NCBI GenBank assembly: GCA_002269645.1
Contig: NIVC01001597.1
Location: 124,001 to 188,000 of the forward strand
Direction: 5' to 3'
Source: Macrostomum lignano
Taxonomy: Eukaryota
DNA length: 64,000 bases
The first letter of the stretch is position 1, and each line of letters opens with the position of its first letter. This document shows positions 12,141 through 25,300 of this stretch, one piece after another. The notes under the pieces were generated by a model. That model made no database searches. It was given only the letters and a program-made list of their open reading frames with translations, and was not told the origin of the DNA. Made by a program: the position numbers and the translations under genes.

Positions 12141-12477
12141 AATTTCACCCCTAACAGAGATTAGTTAATGTTTTTTCTATCAATGCCCCCCCCTGCCGTT
12201 AAGTTAAACTGAATTTTTGTACATTTCAAATGTACTTTTTGTTGTGGCTGCAGCTACCCACCAAAGCGGCTTTCAATTCAACTGTCAATCACTCTGAGTT
12301 AACAATTTGTAGGCTTCAAGTAGATTATGTAATCTGTACATCCACACTTGCTGTACTGTACAGCAATTGCTTTCTAGTGCGCTGTTGATCTGCCTTGCCG
12401 AATAGAAACTCTGAACTGCATTGTTTCTCTTTTTTGCCACTAATTTTGCCAAGCTTTTCTACTTTCCGCTGGAATCC

Positions 12478-13170
12478 CGTCTGTTATTCGCCCCCTGTCT
12501 GTTATCCGCCCCCTGACTGTTATCCGCCCCCTGACTGTTATCCGCCCCCTGACTGTTATCCGCCCCTGACTGTTATCCGCCCCCTGACTGTTATCCGCCC
12601 CCTGACTGTTATCCGCCCCCTGACTGTTATCCGCCCCCTGACTGTTATTCGCCCCCTGACTGTTATCCGCCCCTGACTGTTATTCGCCCCCTGTCTGTTA
12701 TCCGCCCCCTGACTGTTATCCGCCCCTGACTGTTATCCGCCCCCTGTCTGTTATCCGCCCCCTGTCTGTTATCCGCCCCCTGACTGTTATCCGCCCCCTG
12801 ACTGTTATTCGCCCCCTGACTGTTATCCGCCCCCTGACTGTTATTCGCCCCCTGTCTGTTATCCGCCCCCTGACTGTTATCCGCCCCTGACTGTTATTCG
12901 CCCCCTGTCTGTTATCCGCCCCCTGTCTGTTATCCGCCCCCTGTCTGTTATCCGCCCCCTGTCTGTTATCCGCCCCCGTCTGTTATCCGCCCCGTCTGTT
13001 ATCCGGCCCTGTCGGTTATCCGCCCCCTGTCGGTTATCCGCCCCCTGTCTGTTATCCGCCCCCGTCTGTTATCCGCCCCTGTCGGTTATCCGCCCCTGTC
13101 TGTTATCCTCCCCCTGTCTGCTATCCTCCCCCTGTCTGTTATCCGCCCGACCCTGTCTCATCCGCCCCCT
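12478..13170. repeat. 18-bp C-rich minisatellite (CTGTTATCCGCCCCCTGA)n
   Basis: About 38 copies. Confidence 0.95.
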
Positions 13171-13544
13171 GTCTGTTTTCCACCCTTTAAAGTAATTTGA
13201 AATGAACCTGCAGTTTAAAAATCTTTTTTTGTTTTAACTTTAAACTCGAGTATTTCACTTAATTTTTTAAAAACCCAAAAATTCGTATTAGAATATTTTC
13301 TTGCATTATTCAATTTCTGTTTGAGTTCGACATTCGCGATCAAAATAGCAGAAAATTTATTAAATTGAGTTTGATTGATAAGTATACTCATAAAGCAACT
13401 TCGATTTCATTCATAAATGGATTATTAAATTATTAGCAAATCGATGTGACGCTAATTATACGCGAAAATGCATGCATTTTTTCTATCATTATTTAACCAT
13501 AGATAACGACCCCACGTTCGGTCCCTGACATGTCTATATGCCTG

Positions 13545-13655
13545 ACAACTAGAAAGTCAGGACCGCTGTTCACTCTGTGTGAGCTGTGTATGAGTGCCTG
13601 CGTACAGTATTGGCGCGCTTGTGTGTGCTCAGGAGTGAGCGGAATGAGCAGAATG
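13545..13655 (+). mobile_element. SINE-family core fragment (same family as 42612-42960)
   Basis: TGTGTATGAGTGCCTGCGTACAGTATTGGCGCGCTTGTGTGTGCTCAGGAGTGAGCGGAATGAGCAGAAT matches the reverse complement of 42670-42750. Confidence 0.75.
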
Positions 13656-13884
13656 GGCCATAAGAGTTATTTTCAGCAATGAATTGTTTTCCATACAGGA
13701 CTTTCGGCTTTCGAACAACTCTGAACCAATCGCATACTGTGTGCTGTGCATTTGCGAGCGAGGTTTCAAATGACCTTCAGATGGTCAGAAAGTGAAAGAG
13801 TAATAAAATCGTCCATTTTGATTGGCCCAAATCCTGGAAATGCATTTTGAGGGGCATTTTTAATCCTCCAAATTCAAGCCAAAG

Positions 13885-14440
13885 GAGACAGGGGCGCCCA
13901 CCAAGAGACAGGGATCCCTGTCACCAAGAGCCAATGGCTCCAGCCAGGAGACAGGGGCGCTCACTAAGAGTCAGGGGCGACCACCAAGAGTCAGGGGCGC
14001 CCACCAAGAGTCAGGGGCGCCCACCAAGAGACAGGGGCGCCCACCAAGAGACAGGGGCGCCAACAAAGAGACAGGGGGCGCCCACCAAGAGACAGGGGCG
14101 CCCACCAAGAGACAGGGGCGCCCACCAAGAGACAGGGGCGCCAACAAAGAGTCAGGGGCGCCCACCAAGAGACAGGGGCGCCCACCAAGAGACAGGGGCG
14201 CCAACAAAGAGACAGGGGGCGCCCACCAAGAGACAGGGGCGCCCACCAAGAGACAGGGGCGCCCACCAAGAGACAGGGGCGCCAACAAAGAGACAGGGGG
14301 CGCCCACCAAGAGACAGGGGCGCCCACCAAGAGACAGGGGCGCCAACCAAGAGTCAGGGGCGCCAACCAAGAGACAGGGGCGCTCACCAAGAGACAGGGG
14401 CGCCAACCAAGAGACAGGGACGCCCACCAAGAGACAGGCA
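13885..14440 (+). repeat. 20-bp minisatellite (GGGGCGCCCACCAAGAGACA)n, same family as 27385-28378 and 62990-63612
   Basis: About 27 copies; source of the ETGAPTKRQGR pseudo-ORFs. Confidence 0.95.
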
Positions 14441-14729
14441 CAAACTTTCTTTGTTTAATTACGTCTGCATTCCAGAAAATTCCACATTAAATATATATTA
14501 GTATTCTGCAGTTCACAACTGTAAACTCTCGTCTGTTGCTTACTGTATAACTGCGAAATACAGTAGGGACCAATTGCCATAAATTTATCATAATTATATG
14601 CAATTGTTATGAGATTTCGTCGTTTCATCAACTATAAATTTGCGTATTTGCTGCGAAGCGAAAATGTTCAATTAAGTGTTTTATTAATATTTTTACTTAC
14701 CAATTGCGTGTCACTGGAGACTGACTCAG

Positions 14730-16275
14730 CGAGTGGGAATTCTCTGAGTGGAATTTCTCCGAGTGGGATTGCAGAGAGTGGGATTTCAGTAATTGGGATT
14801 TCAGTGAGTGGGATATCAGTGAGTGGGATATCAGTGAGTGGGATTTCACTGAGTCGGATATCAGTGAGTGGGATATCAGTGAGTGGGATATCAGTGAGTG
14901 GGATATCAGTGAGTGGGATATCAGTGAGTGGGATATCAGTGAGTGGGATTTCAGTGAGTGGGATATCAGTGAGTGGGATATCAGTGAGTGGGATTTCAGT
15001 GAGTGGGATATCAGTGAGTGGGATATCATTGAGTGGGATATCAATGAGCGGGATTTCAGTGAGTGGGATATCAGTGAGTGGGATTTCGGTGAGTGGGATA
15101 TCAGTGAGTGGGATATCAGTGAGTGGGATATCAGTGAGTGGGATATCAGTGAGTGGGATATCTATATCTCTGAGTGGGATATCAGTGGGATTTCAGTGAG
15201 TGGGATATCAGTGAGTGGGATTTCAGTGAGTGGGATATCAGTGAGTGGGATTTCAGTGAGTGGGATATCAGTGAGTGGGATATCAGTGAGTGGGATATCT
15301 ATATCTCTGAGTGGGATATCAGTGGGATTTCAGTGAGTGGGATATCAGTGAGTGGGATTTCAGTGAGTGGGATATCAGTGAGTGGGATTTCAGTGAGTGG
15401 GATATCAGTGAGTGGGATATCAGTGAGTGGGATATCAGTGAGTGGGATATCAGTGAGTGGGATATCAGTGAGTGGGATATCAGTGAGTGGGATTTCAGTG
15501 AGTGGGATATCAGTGAGTGGGATTTCAGTGAGTGGGTTTTCAGTGAGTGGGATTTCAGTGAGTGGGATATCAGTGAGTGGGATTTCAGTGAGTGGGATAT
15601 CAGTGAGTGGGATATCAGTGAGTGGGATTTCAGTGAGTGGGATTTCAGTGAGTGGGATATCAGTGAGTGGGATATCAGTGAGTGGGATTTCACTGAGTCG
15701 GATATCAGTGAGTGGGATATCAGTGAGTGGGATATCAGTGAGTGGGATATCAGTGAGTGGGATATCAGTGAGTGGGATTTCAGTGAGTGGGATATCAGTG
15801 AGTGGGATTTCAGTGAGTGGGATTTCAGTGAGTGGGATTTCAGTGAGTGGGATATCAGTGAGTGGGATTTCAGTGAGTGGGATATCAGTGAGTGGGATAT
15901 CAGTGAGTGGGATATCAGTGAGTGGGATTTCAGTGAGTGGGATATCTATATCTCTGAGTGGGATATCAGTGGGATTTCAGTGAGTGGGATTTCAGTGAGT
16001 GGGATATCAGTGAGTGGGATATCAGTGAGTGGGATTTCAGTGAGTGGGATATCTATATCTCTGAGTGGGATATCAGTGGGATTTCAGTGAGTGGGATATC
16101 AGTGAGTGGGATTTCAGTGAGTGGGATATCAGTGAGTGGGATTTCAGTGAGTGGGATATCAGTGAGTGGGATATCAGTGAGTGGGATATCAGTGAGTGGG
16201 ATATCTATATCTCTGAGTGGGATATCAGTGGGATTTCAGTGAGTGGGGTTTCAATGATTGAGATTTCAGTGAGTG
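14730..16275. repeat. 15-bp minisatellite (TCAGTGAGTGGGATA/T)n with a recurring ATCTATATCTC interruption
   Basis: About 100 copies; interruption at ~15160, 15298, 15945, 16051 and 16203. Confidence 0.97.
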
Positions 16276-16277
16276 AG

Positions 16278-17010
16278 ATCCTCTCTGGTCATTCTAGTTC
16301 CTCTCTGGTCATGCTAGTTCCTCTCTGGTCATTCTAGTTCCTCTATGGTCATTCTAGTTCCTCTCTGGTCATGCTAGTTCCTCTCTGGTCATTCTAGTTC
16401 CTCTCTGGTCATGCTAGTTCCTCTCTGGTCATTCTAGTTCCTCTATGGTCATTCTAGTTCCTCTCTGGTCATTCTAGTTCCTCTCTGGTCATGTTAGTTC
16501 CTCTCTGGTCATGCTAGTTCCTCTCTGGTCATGTTAGTTCCTTTCTGGTCATTCTAGTTCCTCTCTGGTCATTCTAGTTCCTCTCTGGTCATGCTAGTTC
16601 CTCTGTGGTCATTCTAGTTCCTCTCTGGTCATTCTAGTTCCTCTCTGGTCATGCTAGTTCCTCTCTGGTCATGCTAGTTCCTCTCTGGTCATTCTAGTTC
16701 CTCTCTGGTCATTCTAGTTCCTCTCTGGTCATTCTAGTTCCTCTCTGGTCATGCTAGTTCCTCTCTGGTCATTCTAGTTCCTCTCTGGTCATTCTAGTTC
16801 CTCTCTGGTCATTATAGTTCCTCTCTGGTCATTCTAGTTCCTCTCTGGTCATGCTAGTTCCTCTCTGGTCATTCTAGTTCCTCTCTGGTCATGCTAGTTC
16901 CTCTCTGGTCATGCTAGTTTCTCTCTGGTCATGCTAGTTCCTCTCTGGTCATGTTAGTTCCCCTCTGGTCATGCTAGTTCCTCTCTGGTCATGCTATTAC
17001 CTCTCCTGGT
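16278..17010. repeat. 20-bp minisatellite (CTCTCTGGTCATTCTAGTTC)n
   Basis: About 36 copies, directly abutting the 15-bp array. Confidence 0.96.
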
Positions 17011-17445
17011 CATGCAGAGATAGCAGAGATGAAGTCATCAACGAACATGTAGTAATATGTAATCCAAAGCAGAAAGCAAGATGCAGCACAGCCCATAAAT
17101 CAAAAAACTGCATAAAGTACAACAACTGCATTTATGCAGAACGAAATAATGGCCCTCTTGTTTGTTTTGTGTAGTTTTTTCTGCGGCCGCGGCAAAAGCA
17201 GTGCAGGAAATTAACGAGTTGTTTTTCTGCCAGAAAGCGATCAAGGGAGCCGGCACTCATGCATGGCCTTTCCTGCCCGAGTCCAATCAGATCGGCTTAT
17301 TGCTATCCGGGCGGGTCGTTGCTGCGAGGTGCTTCAGAAACTGGAGAACTGCTTTTAGAACTTAGAGAATGCGAGCAAACAGGGATGGAAAAAGACGTCA
17401 AATCGATCGCTTGTTGCTTTGCTATTGCCTGCTTTGCGAAAGAAG

Positions 17446-18265
<820 letters not shown>

Positions 18266-18507
18266 CTGTCAGTCAGGGGTGCAAATGGTTACCCTCTGAT
18301 TGTGCAAATGGCGCAATTGAGAGGCCATGAGAGTGAAATAACTTTCTCAAGAAAAGTTTGCACTAACTCAATGCTTTTATTCTGCATTGTCGGAACATTT
18401 TCTTGCGAATAAAGTGTCATAAATCAATGGTTGCCTTTCTTAGAAAAGCAAAGTAGCGAAAGATTTCTACTAAGCACAATAAATTTTTGTATCAAAAAAT
18501 TACTAAC

Positions 18508-18600
18508 CGGGACAGAGGGTGAGACGCGGACAGAGGGTGAAACACGGACAGAGGGTGAGACGCGGACACAGGGTGAGACTGGGACACAGGGTGAGACAGT
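18508..18600. repeat. 18-bp minisatellite (GGACAGAGGGTGAGACGC)n
   Basis: About 5 copies. Confidence 0.85.
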
Positions 18601-19214
18601 GTCAGTGGAGCATAGCCGACTGAGATGAGAGGTTACAATTGAGTGAAATGCTGGGGTTTACTATCAGATACAAATAAGCCAGAGTCAGAAGCCAATATAA
18701 CTAACAGTGTTATCCATCAGCCATCGATCAAGTTTAGGGTGAGTCACCATGCTCACGATGAGAGATAATGAACCGGTGCCTACTTTTGACCGTTTGGCTT
18801 TTTATCAATTCCGAGCACGGATAGAAAATCTTAGCTAGTTGTATTCCTCAAAATCAAGGATCCCAGAGACCCAATCAGAGTGCCGGGCGAACTCTCTCTC
18901 CCCCCGCTCTCTCATTCCTAAACCGTATGACGCAATCGCTGTAGAGCTTTTGGGATGCAAATTACTCAATTAAATTAACCAAGATTCTCCCATATATACA
19001 TTTATATACTTACTGCTTATTACTGGGTTATTCATCTATTCATACTTGAGCAGTGGAGTTCTGCTCTTGAGGAGTTCCGATGGTCGCATGACTGACAGAT
19101 TAAGGGGATTAGGCTAATCTGTGGCTAATCTGTGGGAGTGGATTGCAGTGTCGAGACTTGAATCGGTGATGCTTAAACTTGTAAATTCCGTGCAGCTGTT
19201 GAAGTCTGCTGTAT

Positions 19215-19690
19215 GGGGAGAGAGGGAGATTGAGAGAGGAGAGTGAGAGAGGGAGAGTGAGAGAAGGAGAGTGAGAGAGGGAGAGTGAGAGAGGGAGAGT
19301 GAGAGAGGGAGAGTGAGAGAGGGAGAGTGAGAGAGGGAGAGTGAGAGAAGGAGAGTGAGAGAGGGAGAGTGAGAGAAGGAGAGTGAGAGAAGGAGAGTGA
19401 GAGAAGGAGAGTGAGAGAAGGAGAAGGAGAGAAGGAGAGTGAGAAGGAGAGTGAGAGAAGGAGAGTGAGAGAAGGAGAGGGAGAGAAGAAGAGTGAGAGA
19501 AGGAGAGTGAGAGAAGGAGAGTGAGAGAAGGAGAAGGAGAGAAGGAGAGTGTGAGAAGGAGAGTGAGAGAAGGAGAGTGAGAGAAGGAGAGTCAGAGAAG
19601 GAGAGTGAGAAGGAGAGTGAGAGAAGGAGAGAGAGAAGAAGAGTGAGACAAGTAGAGTGAGAGGAGAGTGAGAGAAATGAAGAAAGAGAC
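19215..19690. repeat. Purine-rich 14-bp minisatellite (GAGAGAAGGAGAGT)n
   Basis: About 33 copies, almost purely G/A. Confidence 0.93.
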
Positions 19691-20102
19691 AACTGACAAA
19701 AAGTGATATATTGCCCAACCAATTTCAATAGAAATAACACACGAGTATAGTTACTCGTACTATCACAGAAAGTGAGAATGAAGTGATAGTCAGATTTTAA
19801 GCGTGAATCATGATTCAGAGTAGAGCAAAAATGGAATTTTCCATGACAGCAACAGCAGCAGCGGGAGAGCAGCAGGATTGCAGGCCTTGATCCAGTCTAG
19901 TCCAGCACAGCATTCAGTTTCTGCTTCAACGCTTTTCTGGAATCCCTTCACACCCAGGCTGTTGGGATTTTTAGTGCCTCACCCATTGATTTGATTGGCA
20001 GTCTCTATTCTATCTTCATCTAACTCGATGCAAGAATTACATCGCAGCTGTGCTACTTGAGGCTTTAATGTGGATTTTGAAGAAAATCATAAAAAATTAT
20101 TG

Positions 20103-20400
20103 AGTAGGGATAGGGAGAGAGGTAGAGTAGGGATAAGGAGAGAGGTAGAGTAGGGATAAGGAGAGAGGTAGAGTAGGGATAAGTAGAGAGGTAGAGTAGG
20201 GATAAGGAGAGAGGTAGAGTATGGATAGGGAGAGATGTAGAGTAGGGATAGGGAGAGAGGTAGAGTAGGGATAGGGAAAGAGGTAGAGTAGGGATAAGGA
20301 GAGAGGTAGAGTAGGGATAAGGACAGAGGTAGAGTAGGGATAGGGAGAGAGGTAGAGTAGGGATAGGGAGAGGTAGAGTATGGAGAGGGAGAGAGGGAGA
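20103..20400. repeat. 23-bp purine-rich minisatellite (AGAGAGGTAGAGTAGGGATAAGG)n
   Basis: About 13 copies. Confidence 0.93.
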
Positions 20401-20724
20401 ACCATGGTTGGAGGACCAAGTGCAGAGGGTTCCAACAAAGGATTGACCTAACTGGAGTTTAGATGCCATTCAGTAGAAACCCTAAAGCAGCTGTCGCAAC
20501 TTATTGACTATCTGACAGTTCATTTTTATCAAAGACACGCGCGCTTCAATAAAGTTGGCGCTAAAACTAATCTGCCATTTTCACGCCACAGCTTCTACAT
20601 CAACGCTTGCGTGCAAATATTCGAAAACTGCATGATTTTAATGTTTTAATGCAACTGTTCTCATGAATTTATTAAAGCTGTCTTTTATTGTCTCGTTTCA
20701 CTGTTGCTTTCCAGATAGCTGCTA

Positions 20725-21835
20725 TCCGGATAGCTAGATGCTTTTTCCGGTCCTGTAAGCTACTGTTTCCGGTCCAGTTAGCTACTGTTTCCGGTCCTGT
20801 AAGCTACTGTTTCCGGTCCTGTTAGCTAATGTTTCCGGTCCTGTTAGCTACTGTTTCCGATCCAGTTAGCTACTGTATCCGGTCCAGTTAGCTACTGTAT
20901 CCGGTCCAGTTAGCTACTGTTTCCGGTCCTGTTAGCTACTGTTTCCGGTCCTGTTAGCTGCTGTTTCCGGTCCAGTTAGCTGCTGTTTCCGGTCCAGTTA
21001 GCTACTGTTTCCGGTCCAGTTAGCTGCTGTTTCCGGTCCAGTTAGCTACTGTTTCCGGTCCAGTTAGCTGCTGTTTCCGGTCTAGTTATGAGTTAGCTAC
21101 TGTTTCCGGTCCTGTTAGCTACTGTTTCCGGTCCAGTTAGCTACTGTTTCCGGTCCAGTTAGCTACTGTTTCCGGTCCAGTTAGCTGCTGTTTCCGGTCC
21201 AGTTAGCTACTGTTTCCGGTCCAGTTAGCTGCTGTTTCCGGTCTAGTTATGAGTTAGCTACTGTTTCCGGTCCTGTTAGCTACTGTTTCCGGTCCAGTTA
21301 GCAACTGTTTCCGGTCCAGTTAGCTACTGTTTCCGGTCAAGTTAGCTACTGTTTCCGGTCTAGTTAGCTACTGTTTCCGGTCCAGTTAGCTACTGTTTCC
21401 GGTCCAGTTAGCTACTGTTTCCGATCCAGTTAGCTACTGTTTCCGGTCCTGTTAGCTACTGTTTCCGGTCCAGTTAGCTACTGTTTCCGGTCCAGTTAGC
21501 TACTGTTTCCGGTCCAGTTAGCTACTGTTTCCGGTCCAGTTAGCTACTGTTTCCGGTCTAGTTAGCTACTGTTTCCGGTCCAGTTAGCTAATGTTTCCGG
21601 TCTAGTTAGCTACTGTTTCCGGTCCAGTTAGCTACTGTTTCCGGTCCAGTTAGCTACTGTTTCCGGTCTAGTTAGCTACTGTTTCCGGTCTAGTTAGCTA
21701 CTGTTTCCGGTCCAGTTAGCTACTGTTTCCGGTCCAGTTAGCTACTGTTTCCGGTCCAGTTAGCTACTGTTTCCGGTCATGTTAGCTACTGTTTCCGATC
21801 CAGTTGGCTACTGTTTCCGGTCCTGTAAGCTACAT
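20725..21835. repeat. 22-bp minisatellite (GTTAGCTACTGTTTCCGGTCCA)n
   Basis: About 50 copies. Confidence 0.97.
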
Positions 21836-22377
21836 TCAGAAGTCTATTATTAGTTCAGTTATCTGCACCCAGGCTAAAGGTTTTATTGCATCGAATTCCT
21901 TGAAGTTTGCAATTCAAAGCAGTCTGCTGCACGCATTCGTATCTGCATCAAGCTTAACAAGTCAATCCTAAGTCATGTATTTTTTTTACAAAGCCTCTTG
22001 TCCGCAGTCAACGTTTCAAGCTCCGCAAGTTTTTGTAACCATAAAACGTACTGCCGCGTTCGTTTCGTGCAGTGCTGAACCGTTTTCAAAGATCCGTGAT
22101 TGCTGGAGAATATTCTGGCAAGAATATACTGGGGATCCGAACTCCACGGTTTGCCTGTCAGCTGTGCTAGCGGCGTTACTACCCAGACTGGTCGGGACTT
22201 AGACAAAAGCAGCTGTTGCCGGGTTGAATGTCTAGCATTTCTGTTGCCTGACCATCCAAGTCTTTCCTCGCTACGTGCGTGTTTCAGTCCCTGCAGTTCT
22301 GTTGTCTTCACAGACGGCCGACTGCCATGGAAGAGATTTATGGAAACGGGGAACCAGCAAAGAGAGAACTTTGGGTT

Positions 22378-25300
22378 TCGAGATGTCAGTAGCTGGGGCG
22401 TCATAGATGCCAGTAGCTGGGGTGTCAGAGATGTCAGTAGCTGCTGTGTCAGAAAAGTCAGTAGCTGGGGTGTCAGAGAGATGTCAGTAGCTGGGGTGTC
22501 AGAGATGCCAGTAGCTGCTGTGTCAGAAAAGTCAGTAGCTGGGGTGTCAGAGATGTCAGTAGCTGGGGTGTCAGAGATGTCAGTAGCTGCTGTGTCAGAA
22601 AAGTCAGTAGCTGGGGTGTCAGAGATGTCAGTAGCTGGGGTGTCAGAGATGCCAGTAGCTGCTGTGTCAGAAAAGTCAGTAGCTGGGGTGTCAGAGATGT
22701 CAGTAGCTGGGGTGTCAGAGATGTCAGTAGCTGGGGTGTCAGAGATGTCAGTAGCTGGGGTGTCAGAGATGTCAGTAGCTGGGGTGTCATAGATGCCAGT
22801 AGCTGGGGTGTCAGAGATGTCAGTAGCTGGGGTGTCAGAGATGTCAGTAGCTGGGGTGTCAGAGATGTCAGTAGCTGGGGTGTCAGAGAGATGTCAGTAG
22901 CTGGGGTGTCAGAGATGTCAGTAGCTGGGGTGTCAGAGATGTCAGTAGCTGGGGTTTTCGGAGATGTCAGTAGCTGGGGTGTCAGAGATGAAAGTAGCTG
23001 GGGTGTCATAGATGCCAGTAGCTGGGGTGTCAGAGATGTCAGTAGCTGGGGTGTCAGAGATGTCAGTAGCTCGGGTGTCAGAGATGTCAGTAGCTGGGGT
23101 GTCAGAGATGTCAGTAGCTGGGGTGTCAGAGATGTCAGTAGCTGGGGTGTCAGAGATGCCAGTAGCTGGGGTGTCAGAGATGCCAGTAGCTGCTGTGTCA
23201 AAAAAAGTCAGTAGCTGGGGTGTCAGAGAGATGTCAGTAGCTGGGGTGTCAGAGATGTCAGTAAGCTGGGGTGTCAGAGATGCCAGTAGCTGAGGTGTCA
23301 GAGATGTCAGTAAGCTGGGGTGTCAGAGATGTCAGTATCTGGGGTGTCAGAGATGTCAGTAGCTGGGGTGTCAGAGATGTCAGTAGCTGGGATGCCAGAG
23401 ATGTCAGTAGCTGGGGTGTCAGAGATGTCTGACACTCAGTAGCTGGGGTGTCAGAGATGCCAGTAGCTGGGTGTCAGAGATGTCAGTAGCTGGGGTGTCA
23501 GAGATGTCAGTAGCTGGGATGCCAGAGATGTCAGTAGCTGGGGTGTCAGAGATGTCAGTAGCTGGTTTGTCAGAGATGTCAGTAGCTGGGGTGTCAGAGA
23601 TGTCAGTAGCTGGGGCGTCAGAGAGATGTCAGTAGCTGGGGTGTCAGAGATGTCAGTAGCTGCTGTGTCAGAAAAGTCAGTATCTGGGGTGTCAGAGATG
23701 TCAGTAGCTGGGGTGTCAGAGATGCCAGTAGCTGGGGTGTCAGAGATGCCAGTAGCTGGGGTGTCAGAGATGTCAGTAGCTGAGGTAGCAGAGATGTCAG
23801 CAGCTGGGGTGTCAGAGATGCCAGTAGCTGGGGTGTCAGAGATGTCAGTAGCTGCTGTGTCAAAAAAGTCAGTAGCTGGGGTGTCAGAGATGTCAGTAGC
23901 TGGGGTGTCAGAGATGTCAGTAGCTGGGGTGTCAGAGATGTCAGTAGCTGGGGTGTCAGAGAGATGTCAGTAGCTGGGGTGTCAGAGATGTCAGTAGCTG
24001 GGGTGTCAGAGATGTCAGTAGCTGGGGTTTTCGGAGATGTCAGTAGCTGGGGTGTCAGAGATGAAAGTAGCTGGGGTGTCATAGATGCCAGTAGCTGGGG
24101 TGTCAGAGATGTCAGTAGCTGGGGTGTCAGAGATGTCAGTAGCTCGGGTGTCAGAGATGTCAGTAGCTGGGGTGTCAGAGATGTCAGTAGCTGGGGTGTC
24201 AGAGATGTCAGTAGCTGGGGTGTCAGAGATGCCAGTAGCTGGGGTGTCAGAGATGCCAGTAGCTGCTGTGTCAAAAAAAGTCAGTAGCTGGGGTGTCAGA
24301 GAGATGTCAGTAGCTGGGGTGTCAGAGATGTCAGTAAGCTGGGGTGTCAGAGATGCCAGTAGCTGAGGTGTCAGAGATGTCAGTAAGCTGGGGTGTCAGA
24401 GATGTCAGTATCTGGGGTGTCAGAGATGTCAGTAGCTGGGGTGTCAGAGATGTCAGTAGCTGGGATGCCAGAGATGTCAGTAGCTGGGGTGTCAGAGATG
24501 TCTGACACTCAGTAGCTGGGGTGTCAGAGATGCCAGTAGCTGGGTGTCAGAGATGTCAGTAGCTGGGGTGTCAGAGATGTCAGTAGCTGGGATGCCAGAG
24601 ATGTCAGTAGCTGGGGTGTCAGAGATGTCAGTAGCTGGTTTGTCAGAGATGCCAGTAGCTGCTGTGTCAGAGATGTCAGTAGCTGGGGTGTCAGAGATGT
24701 CAGTAGCTGGGGTGTCAGAGATGCCAGTAGCTGGTGTGTCAGAGATGTCAGTAGCTGGGGTGTCAGAGATGTCAGTAGCTGCTGTGTCAGAAAAGTCAGT
24801 ATCTGGGGTGTCAGAGATGTCAGTAGCTGGGGTGTCAGAGATGCCAGTAGCTGGGGTGTCAGAGATGCCAGTAGCTGGGGTGTCAGAGATGTCAGTAGCT
24901 GAGGTAGCAGAGATGTCAGCAGCTGGGGTGTCAGAGATGCCAGTAGCTGGGGTGTCAGAGATGTCAGTAGCTGCTGTGTCAAAAAAGTCAGTAGCTGGGG
25001 TGTCAGAGAGATGTCAGTAGCTGGGGTGTCAGAGATGTCAGTAGCTGGGGTGTCAGAGATGTCAGTAGCTGCTGTGTCAGAGATGCCAGTAGCTGGGGTG
25101 TCAGAGATGTCAGTAGCTGGGGTGTCAGAGATGTCAGTAGCTAGGGTGTCATAGATGCCAGTAGCTGGGGTGTCAGAGATGTCAGTAGCTCGGGTGTCAG
25201 AGATGTCAGTAGCTGGGGTGTCATAGATGCCAGTAGCTGAGGTGTCAGAGATGTCAGTAGCTGCTGTGTCAGAGATGTCAGTAGCTGGGGTGTCAGAGAT

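Noticed and set aside
17030-17445. Possible hidden exon between arrays (ORFs 17162, 17259)
   Set aside because: No convincing donor and no recognisable domain; left unassigned, would need RNA-seq.
18270-18330. CAGGGGTGCAAAT as a possible hAT MITE left end
   Set aside because: No matching right end or TSD found.
21900-22378. Unique block with VVFTDG (RNase H-like) in ORF 22100
   Set aside because: A single short motif without the other RNase H catalytic motifs; insufficient.
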